Of a DNA stretch of 64,000 nucleotides, positions 56,905-64,000 are shown one piece after another (position 1 is the stretch's first letter; each line of letters opens with the position of its first letter). A program made the position numbers and the translations under genes. This DNA is from Nitrospinota bacterium (lineage in GTDB: Bacteria; Nitrospinota; Nitrospinia; Nitrospinales; VA-1): the NCBI GenBank assembly GCA_009873635.1, contig WAHY01000009.1, forward strand, positions 44,181 through 108,180, given 5' to 3'. Below the pieces are notes generated by a model that saw only the letters and a program-made list of their open reading frames with translations, was not told the DNA's origin and did not search any database.

Positions 56905-59140
56905 AGTTCCCCAGTGATGATTTCCAGATTTCTTTTAAGACTGCGATTTCCTGTTTAACGATTTCTTCCCCGTTGACTCTTATCAAGAGATGAGAACCAC
57001 CCACTTTACCGATCAGAGAAAAATCGACCGGAAAGGTCATAGCCAGGTCTTCTATTTCATCAATTTTCTCTTTGGAAAATGAAATAACAATCCTTGATTG
57101 AGTTTCCCCAAACAGCAATGCGTCTTTTCTTAATGTGGATTCCAGTTCTAGTGTGGCACCCAAAGTCTGGCTTCCCGACGAAAAACAGGATTCCGCTACT
57201 GCTATCGCAAGTCCTCCTTCTGAACAGTCATGGGCAGAAGCAATGAGCCCTCTTTCAATTAGTTCGCGACAAAAATCCTGAACTTGTTTCTCGTGCTTTC
57301 GATCCAGAACGGGAGGTTTCCCTTCACTGCGATCAAACATGACTTTCAGGTATTCGGTTCCTCCCAATTCCTCCATGGTAAAACCGATAAGAGCGATTTG
57401 ATCTCCGGAATTTTTAAATCCCTGAGTCATGACTTTTTCCTGATTTTCGATCAGGCCGACCACAGCAACAGTAGGTGTCGGGTAAATCGCTTCCCCTTTT
57501 GTCTCATTATAGAGGCTGACGTTACCACTGACCACTGGAATATCAAAAAACCTGCAGGCATCACCCATTCCTTCCACAGCTTGTTGAAACTGCCACATAA
57601 TCTCAGGCTTTTCAGGGTTGCCAAAATTAAGGCAATTGGTCAGGCCAATAGGCTGGGCTCCTGAACAAACCACATTCCTGCATGCTTCTGCAACGGCAAT
57701 CGCTGCACCTTCATAGGGGTCCAGATAGCAGTAACGGCTGTTGCAATCCACTGATATGGCTACGGCTTTATTTGTATCTTTGATGCGAAGCACTGCCGCG
57801 TCCGACCCGGGTAAAACCAATGTGTTCAGTCGTACCATGTGGTCATATTGTTCGTAAACCCATTCCTTGCTGGTGATGTTGGGGGTTGCCAGAAGTTTTT
57901 TTAAGGCTGTATCTCCATGTGAAATATCGGGGAAATCGCCCATGCTGATATGCACCACCTCATCAAGATATCTGGGTTGCTCTGTCGGTCGTTTCAAATC
58001 CAGCGCTCCATCGACAACAGGGAAGATTGGCAGGTTCACCACTTCCTGTCCTTCAAACTGTATGCGGACACAGGGTTCTTCGATCACTTCACCGATGATC
58101 GCGGCATCCAGTCCCCATTTATCTAAAATGGCCAGGGCTTCTTCTTCATGACCCGGTTTCACCACGAACAACATCCTCTCCTGGGACTCGGAAAGCATGA
58201 TTTCATAGGGGACCATGCCTTCTTCTCTTAAAGGAACTTTAGACAAGTCCATAAACACGCCGGTTTCAGCCCGATGCGCCATTTCAAAGGATGATGAAGT
58301 GAGCCCTGCGGCCCCCATATCCTGAACCCCTACCACCCAGTCTTTCTTGAATAACTCAAGGCAGGCTTCAATCAAGAGTTTTTCGGTGAATGGGTCGCCT
58401 ACCTGAACAGTGGGCCGCTTGTCTTCAGTGCTTTCATCAAACTCAGAAGAAGCTAAAAGGCTTGCGCCATGGATTCCGTCTCGTCCGGTTTTTGAACCGA
58501 CATAAAGAATTTGGTTTCCGACACCACCGGTTCCTGCCAGAAAGATTCGGTCTGAATTGACCAGTCCCAGGCAAAAAGCATTGACCAGGATATTTCCGTT
58601 ATAACAGGCATCAAAATAAATTTCGCCACCAACAGTAGGAACGCCAGTGCAGTTGCCATAGCTGGAGATACCATCGACCACACCATTAAGCAGAAAACGT
58701 GTGCGAGGTTCCTCAAGCTCCCCGAATCGTAATGAATTCAACAAGGCGATTGGTCGTGCACCCATGGTAAAAACGTCTCGCATGATACCACCCACACCGG
58801 TCGCGGCTCCTTGATGAGGTTCGATGAATGAGGGATGGTTATGACTTTCAATTTTAAAAACGACAGCAAGCCCATCACCAATATCTACAACCCCTGCGTT
58901 TTCTCCTGGGCCCTGTATGACTCTGGGGCTTTCGACCGGGAGTTTTTTCAAATAGGGTCGAGAACTTTTATAACTGCAATGTTCGCTCCACATAACAGAA
59001 AAAATACCCAACTCAGTTATATTCGGGGTTCGTCCCAGCAGGTCCAGGATTCGCCGGAATTCTTCCACAGTTAAACCGTGTTCCTTGACGATTTCAGGAG
59101 TGATCTCGGGGCCGGGGCGTATTTTTTTTGTCTTGTCCAC
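56885..59140 (-). CDS. purL: phosphoribosylformylglycinamidine synthase subunit PurL
   Basis: [58 protein letters not shown]. Confidence 0.97.
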   Translation of the reverse strand: MDKTKKIRPGPEITPEIVKEHGLTVEEFRRILDLLGRTPNITELGIFSVMWSEHCSYKSSRPYLKKLPVESPRVIQGPGENAGVVDIGDGLAVVFKIESHNHPSFIEPHQGAATGVGGIMRDVFTMGARPIALLNSLRFGELEEPRTRFLLNGVVDGISSYGNCTGVPTVGGEIYFDACYNGNILVNAFCLGLVNSDRIFLAGTGGVGNQILYVGSKTGRDGIHGASLLASSEFDESTEDKRPTVQVGDPFTEKLLIEACLELFKKDWVVGVQDMGAAGLTSSSFEMAHRAETGVFMDLSKVPLREEGMVPYEIMLSESQERMLFVVKPGHEEEALAILDKWGLDAAIIGEVIEEPCVRIQFEGQEVVNLPIFPVVDGALDLKRPTEQPRYLDEVVHISMGDFPDISHGDTALKKLLATPNITSKEWVYEQYDHMVRLNTLVLPGSDAAVLRIKDTNKAVAISVDCNSRYCYLDPYEGAAIAVAEACRNVVCSGAQPIGLTNCLNFGNPEKPEIMWQFQQAVEGMGDACRFFDIPVVSGNVSLYNETKGEAIYPTPTVAVVGLIENQEKVMTQGFKNSGDQIALIGFTMEELGGTEYLKVMFDRSEGKPPVLDRKHEKQVQDFCRELIERGLIASAHDCSEGGLAIAVAESCFSSGSQTLGATLELESTLRKDALLFGETQSRIVISFSKEKIDEIEDLAMTFPVDFSLIGKVGGSHLLIRVNGEEIVKQEIAVLKEIWKSSLGNYAGQTT

Positions 59141-59144
59141 AGTG

Positions 59145-59834
59145 TCAGTCGTTTGAAATCAAAGATTGAAAAATAACTTGTCCATCTGTGCCCAGTAACT
59201 GTGGGTCAGCACAACGTTCAGGGTGGGGCATCATCCCCATCACATTCTTTTGTTCATTGGATACCCCTGCAACTGAATCTACAGAACCATTTGGGTTGCA
59301 CTCAGCGGAAACGTTCCCTTTTTCGTCACAATACCGGAAAAGGATTTGTCCATTTTCCTCAAGATGGTTCAGGGAAAAAGGATCGATATAATAGCTGCCC
59401 TGATGGTGGGCGATAGGGATTTCCAGAACCTGATTTGCTTCACAACGCCTGGTAAAGGGAGTGTCTGAGTTTTCAATACGGACGGATACATTTTTACAGA
59501 TGAATTTTCTCGATTGGTTCTGAATCAATGTGCCGGGGAGCAGGCCAGACTCCAGAAGAATCTGGAACCCATTACAAATGCCCAATACTTTTCCGCCAGC
59601 GTTGGCAAATTGTTTAATTGAATTCATTATCGGGGAAAACCGTGCAATGGCTCCCGCACGCAAATAATCCCCATAAGAGAAACCACCGGGCAGAACAACC
59701 AAATCAAACGTTTCCAGGCTGGCTTCCTCTTTATGCCAAAGCCAATGAGTATCCTGATTCAGGACATGTTTGAGGATATGATAACAATCGTGGTCACAAT
59801 TAGACCCGGGAAATACGACAATTCCACACTTCAT
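59145..59834 (-). CDS. purQ: FGAM synthase glutaminase subunit PurQ
   Basis: [33 protein letters not shown]. Start set at ATG 59834. Confidence 0.96.
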   Translation of the reverse strand: MKCGIVVFPGSNCDHDCYHILKHVLNQDTHWLWHKEEASLETFDLVVLPGGFSYGDYLRAGAIARFSPIMNSIKQFANAGGKVLGICNGFQILLESGLLPGTLIQNQSRKFICKNVSVRIENSDTPFTRRCEANQVLEIPIAHHQGSYYIDPFSLNHLEENGQILFRYCDEKGNVSAECNPNGSVDSVAGVSNEQKNVMGMMPHPERCADPQLLGTDGQVIFQSLISND

Positions 59835-59862
59835 TTTATGATGTTTTGAATGGTTTGGAGTG

Positions 59863-60111
59863 TTATTCAGTGGGAACCAGGGTAAAGCGGAAGGACTCAA
59901 TAACCGTATTAGCCAGGAGTCGTTCGCACATTTCCCGGACCCTTATCTCGGCTTCTTCCTCCGACGCAGAATCAAGTTTAATTTCCAGATATTTGCCGAT
60001 ATTTACATCAAGTACTTCGTCATATCCCAAATCGTTTAACGCATGGTGGACAGTTTTCCCTTGTGGATCGAGAACACCTTCTTTGAATGTTACATGTATT
60101 TGGGCAAGCAT
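59863..60111 (-). CDS. purS: FGAM synthase subunit PurS
   Basis: VLDPQG, IGKYLEI, MCERLLANTVIE. Confidence 0.95.
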   Translation of the reverse strand: MLAQIHVTFKEGVLDPQGKTVHHALNDLGYDEVLDVNIGKYLEIKLDSASEEEAEIRVREMCERLLANTVIESFRFTLVPTE

Positions 60112-60244
60112 TTTTTAAACCATAACACAGAAGTTAATTAAATTCAGAAGGCTTTGTAACAGGAAAACTCAAAAAGCCAAAGGCCAATTTTTGACCGGCC
60201 CAGAATATTATGATAAACAATGAGTTAGAAAGTTCTTTCTAACA

Positions 60245-61777
60245 GTGTTTTCTTGCCCGAGCATCTATTCTTACATGACAATATCTAAAACCCACCTTTT
60301 AGTGTTTTTGTTTTTCTTTTCGATTTATGTTTTGACTGGCCAGGGTTCCATCCAGTCCGCAGACGGAAAAATTATGTTTTTTCTTACCAAGGCGATGGTC
60401 GAGAATCAGAGCATAAGTTTTACTGAAGTCGTTTCTTCGCAAGATACAATCGGTCCACAATACTCCAAATACGGTTTGGGCATGAGTGTACTTGCTATAC
60501 CGTTTTATTTAGCAGGCAAGGTTTTATCATCACTGTTGGGGATTGAGGTATCTTTGGCAACTCAATTTTCAGTCAGTATGATCAATACGCTGCTTACAGC
60601 TTTAAGCTGCCTGTTGATCTTTCAATTTGCCACGAACCGTTTTAATTTCAGCCCTGGAACTGCTTTGCTGTTAGCTTCCGGATTTGGATTGTCCTCCATA
60701 GCCTGGTATTACTCTGAAGATTTTATGAGTGAACCTGCCACAACGTTATTTATGCTATCAGCTGTTTACTTTGTGACAGGTAAAGACCCCGACCTGAGAA
60801 AACGGGATCTTCTTTGGGCAGGTATATTCCTGGCTCTTGCCATCTCCTGCCGACTGGCGGCCCTGGTAGCCGTTCCGGGATTCATTATTTACCAATGGAT
60901 GGTGTGGGCCGAGTCTGAAGAAAAAAACAAGAGCGAACTGGTTATGGACCTTGTTCGACCAGCTATTCCCATAGTCACGGTTCTGGTTATTATTATGGTT
61001 TATAACTATATAAGGTTTGCGGACCCGCTGGAAACAGGGTATGAAAAATTTTCCGGTCGATTCATGGTGGGTTTGTTTGGCCTTCTTTTCTCTCCAGGTA
61101 AATCCCTGTTTTTGTTCAATCCGTTAACTCTTTTGGGTTGCCTGTCGTTTGCGCTTTGTTTCAGGGAGCAAAGAAAAACGACGCTGCTTTTTGTTTGGCT
61201 CATTGTTTCCCACCTGCTATTGTTTTCTTTCTGGGGGAGCTGGCAGGGAGGCATGAGTTGGGGGCCAAGGCTGATGCTGGTGGTTATTCCCTATTTAATA
61301 TTGCCGGCAGGCTTTCTTTTGCGTGAATATAAACAAGTTGTTAAAATTCCCTTTCTGATTGTGCTGGTCATGGGGATATTGATTCAATTGCCTTCCGTGA
61401 CTGTAAACATTGCCCGTTACTATTATGAAATGAGTCGAGACTTTGGGAGGCTGGGACACGATCAGATTTTATTCTCCCCAAAACATTCTCAGTTGATCGG
61501 ACAGTTTGGTCAGGTTGCAAAAGTCTTTGAAAACCTGGACGACGATTTTCAAATGGCGCAAATGATTTCCCTGGCAAAAAAGGGTGAGAGATTTTTGGGG
61601 GCAGATATTGGTGTGGTTCTGGAAAATGGCCTGGCGGTCAATGCGCCTAATTTCTGGTGGTATTACATGTATTTGTTCGGGTACCCTTTTTACTTCTGGT
61701 TGCTTCCTCCCGTTGCTTTGGTGGGAGTTATAGCTTTCACAGGTTATAAGCTGTACCGGGAAACCGGTAACCCTTAA
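60245..61777 (+). CDS. multi-TM GT-C-fold (ArnT/PMT-like) glycosyltransferase-like protein
   Basis: YSKYGLG.S, WYYSEDFMSEP, GLFGLLFSPGKSLF, WGPR.M, multi-pass topology. Confidence 0.7.
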   Translation: MFSCPSIYSYMTISKTHLLVFLFFFSIYVLTGQGSIQSADGKIMFFLTKAMVENQSISFTEVVSSQDTIGPQYSKYGLGMSVLAIPFYLAGKVLSSLLGIEVSLATQFSVSMINTLLTALSCLLIFQFATNRFNFSPGTALLLASGFGLSSIAWYYSEDFMSEPATTLFMLSAVYFVTGKDPDLRKRDLLWAGIFLALAISCRLAALVAVPGFIIYQWMVWAESEEKNKSELVMDLVRPAIPIVTVLVIIMVYNYIRFADPLETGYEKFSGRFMVGLFGLLFSPGKSLFLFNPLTLLGCLSFALCFREQRKTTLLFVWLIVSHLLLFSFWGSWQGGMSWGPRLMLVVIPYLILPAGFLLREYKQVVKIPFLIVLVMGILIQLPSVTVNIARYYYEMSRDFGRLGHDQILFSPKHSQLIGQFGQVAKVFENLDDDFQMAQMISLAKKGERFLGADIGVVLENGLAVNAPNFWWYYMYLFGYPFYFWLLPPVALVGVIAFTGYKLYRETGNP

Positions 61778-61802
61778 TTGCGAATTTATTTTTGGAAGAA
61801 AT

Positions 61803-63863
61803 ATGGAAAACAAATGGAATGATTCAGATGCCAAAGCGGCAATTGAAAAATACAAGGGTGTCTCTGAAGATATTGCTCTTCGGGTTTACACTTCAAGGTT
61901 AATAGGGGCTGATCCTGCGCTGGTTCTTCATGGTGGAGGCAATACTTCCGTCAAGTCGCGCACCCATAACAAGGTTAATGAAGAAGTGGATGTGCTTTAT
62001 GTTAAAGGAAGCGGCTGGGACCTTGATACGCTGGAGCCCCCGGGTCTTCCGGGAGTCCTGCTCGACTACCTGCGTAAATTGAGAGATCTTGATAAATTGA
62101 GTGATGAGGACATGGTGAATGAGCAAAGAACGCATTTATTGGACGCTTCCTCACCAAACCCATCAGTTGAAACGTTATTGCACGCTTTCTTGCCGCACAA
62201 GTTCATCGACCATTCGCATGCGGACGCCAGTTTGATCATTGCCAATCAACCTGACGCGGAGAAAATCTGTAAGGAAATTTTTGGTGATTCGATAGGTATT
62301 GTTTCATACATCATGCCAGGTTTTGCACTCGCCAAAGCTTCTGCGGAAGTTTATGAAAAAAATACGAATGTTGAAGGGCTTCTACTGATCAACCACGGTT
62401 TGTTCACCTTTGGTGATACTGCCAAAGAAAGTTATGAACGTCACATACGGGCTGTGACACTTCTCGAAGAGTATATCTGTAAGAGCCAGTTAAAGCCCCT
62501 GACATCGGTTGAAGGACCAGCGCTGGAAGCCGGGGAAGAAGTTTTAATGAATGCGCTGGCTCCATTGCTTCGCGGGCTTTATAAGGAACAAATGGGCAAA
62601 AACTGGGTTGTGCATCACCGTGTTGATGCGAATGCAAAAGCGTTTGCCTCCAGTAAAGAGTGTGAAACATGGTCTCAGATAGGCACTGCCACCCCGGACC
62701 ATGTGATTCGAACCAAGCAAAAACCCCTGCTCTTAAATCTAAAGCAATGGGAAGACCCGGGAAAACTGAGAGAAGAAGTTTTACAGGCCCTGAATGATTA
62801 TTGTGAAAGTTATCACAAGTACTTTGAGACCAATAAATCTGCCAAGGGAGTGGATAAAACAGAGCTCGATAGACTGCCCCGGGTTATCCTTGTAGCTGGT
62901 TTGGGATTAGTGACCATTGGTAAAACAGTAAAGGAGACAGGTATATCAGCGGATATCTATCAGCATACCATTGATATTGTGCATAAATCCTTTTCGGTGG
63001 GCACTTATAAACCACTCGATTCCAGTGACCTGTTTGACATGGAATACTGGTCTCTGGAACAGGCCAAGCTGGGCAAAGCCAAAGCGCCTCCTTTGCAAGG
63101 TAAGATTGCTTACATCACAGGAGCCGCTTCTGGAATCGGTCTGGCGACAGCCCGACTGTTTGCTGAACAGGGGGCTAATCTTTTTCTTGCCGATGTATCG
63201 CAGGATAAATTGAGCGAAGCCGCCGATTTGATACGTAAAAAATCCAAGGTTGGTGTTGTCGCCCAGGTCCTGGATGTGACGGATGAATCAGCAGTGCGTC
63301 AGTCTTTTGAGAAAATGGTGCAGACGTTTGGCGGCATCGATATTCTGATCTCCAATGCTGGAAACGCCGTGCAAGGGGCGATTGGGGAGATGGACATGAA
63401 AACGTTGCGAGCCAGTTTTGAGCTGAACTTTTTCTCCCACCAGGTGCTCGCGTCTGAAGCTTTGAGGTTGTTCCTGATACAGAAGACAGGAGGAGTCTTG
63501 TTGTTCAACGCATCCAAGGCGGCGTTCAATCCGGGTAAAAACTTTGGTCCCTACGCTCTCCCCAAGGCCGCAGTGGTGGCACTCACCAAGCAATATGCTC
63601 TTGACTACGGGGGGCATGGAATTCGCTCCAACGCCATAAACGCTGACAGGATTCGCACGGCATTATTCTCTGAAGAAGTTTTGAAAGAAAGGGCCGCTGC
63701 CCGAGGGCTTTCTGCAGATGACTATTTCAAAAATAACCTGCTGCAGGAAGAAGTCTACGACACCGATGTGGCGCAGGGATTCCTCAATCTTGCTTTGGCA
63801 GAAAAAACCACAGGAAGCATTATCACCATAGATGGTGGCAACATCGCGGCCTCCCCCCGCTAA
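61803..63863 (+). CDS. bifunctional class II aldolase / short-chain dehydrogenase (rhamnulose-1-P aldolase/dehydrogenase-like)
   Basis: HGGGNTSVK, PSVET.LH, DHSHAD, NHGLFT; C-terminal TGAASGIG, NAG, YALPK. Confidence 0.9.
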   Translation: MENKWNDSDAKAAIEKYKGVSEDIALRVYTSRLIGADPALVLHGGGNTSVKSRTHNKVNEEVDVLYVKGSGWDLDTLEPPGLPGVLLDYLRKLRDLDKLSDEDMVNEQRTHLLDASSPNPSVETLLHAFLPHKFIDHSHADASLIIANQPDAEKICKEIFGDSIGIVSYIMPGFALAKASAEVYEKNTNVEGLLLINHGLFTFGDTAKESYERHIRAVTLLEEYICKSQLKPLTSVEGPALEAGEEVLMNALAPLLRGLYKEQMGKNWVVHHRVDANAKAFASSKECETWSQIGTATPDHVIRTKQKPLLLNLKQWEDPGKLREEVLQALNDYCESYHKYFETNKSAKGVDKTELDRLPRVILVAGLGLVTIGKTVKETGISADIYQHTIDIVHKSFSVGTYKPLDSSDLFDMEYWSLEQAKLGKAKAPPLQGKIAYITGAASGIGLATARLFAEQGANLFLADVSQDKLSEAADLIRKKSKVGVVAQVLDVTDESAVRQSFEKMVQTFGGIDILISNAGNAVQGAIGEMDMKTLRASFELNFFSHQVLASEALRLFLIQKTGGVLLFNASKAAFNPGKNFGPYALPKAAVVALTKQYALDYGGHGIRSNAINADRIRTALFSEEVLKERAAARGLSADDYFKNNLLQEEVYDTDVAQGFLNLALAEKTTGSIITIDGGNIAASPR

Positions 63864-63940
63864 CCGGGCAACGCCCGGTGGTAAATTGTAATGTCTTCAT
63901 CATATGGGCAACTGTGCTTCTCGGCATGATGGAGGTTTTT

Positions 63941-63972
63941 CTCCCTCTTTAGCAAAGAGGGTTGGGGTGATT
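63941..63972. repeat. REP-like palindromic element
   Basis: CCCTCTTT-agc-AAAGAGGG followed by TTGGGGTGATT; same architecture as the 16069-16105 element. Confidence 0.5.
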
Positions 63973-64000
63973 GACCTTCAATGTGTTAGAGAGGTGTTAT

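Overview
Core-genome chromosomal window from a bacterium of moderate GC. The gene content and style (AroD-AroE fusion, plant-like LeuCD, RomR-like regulator next to valS, secreted LRR and FGE-domain proteins, PCP_red-repeat protein) suggest a Nitrospinota/Deltaproteobacteria-like organism; this is an inference, not a database result. Left to right: tail of a flagellar accessory cluster (acidic protein, atypical FliD with Ca-binding-like repeats, FlgN-like, FlgM-associated-like), aroDE, a small-ORF+rpsU operon with a structured terminator-containing leader divergent from cspA, radical SAM/DASS/rhodanese, leuCD, FGE-domain and LRR proteins, a truncated REC-REC remnant next to tRNA-Phe(GAA), csrA-fliW, a three-unit intergenic repeat cluster, a secreted four-repeat protein, a membrane-anchored SbcCD-like yhaO-yhaN pair, aldo/keto reductase, membrane-fused spermidine-synthase-like protein, a PCP_red-repeat protein with a 40-aa membrane microprotein, epimerase, Nif3, oppBC, ABC-F, methyltransferase, degenerate PHP-SH3 protein, romR-like, valS, pepF, dacB, PfkB kinase, HAD, mpl, two radical-SAM-family genes (one lacking the Cys triad), peroxiredoxin-like, UPF0182, purSQLF, a GT-C-like membrane protein and an aldolase-SDR fusion. 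I found no integrase, transposase, CRISPR array or rRNA. The best leads are the cis-regulatory leader upstream of rpsU, the YhaO/YhaN pair, the PCP_red/microprotein operon, the RomR-like protein, the atypical FliD cluster with a divergent sigma-28 promoter, and the intergenic repeats. All family calls come from motif recognition by eye.
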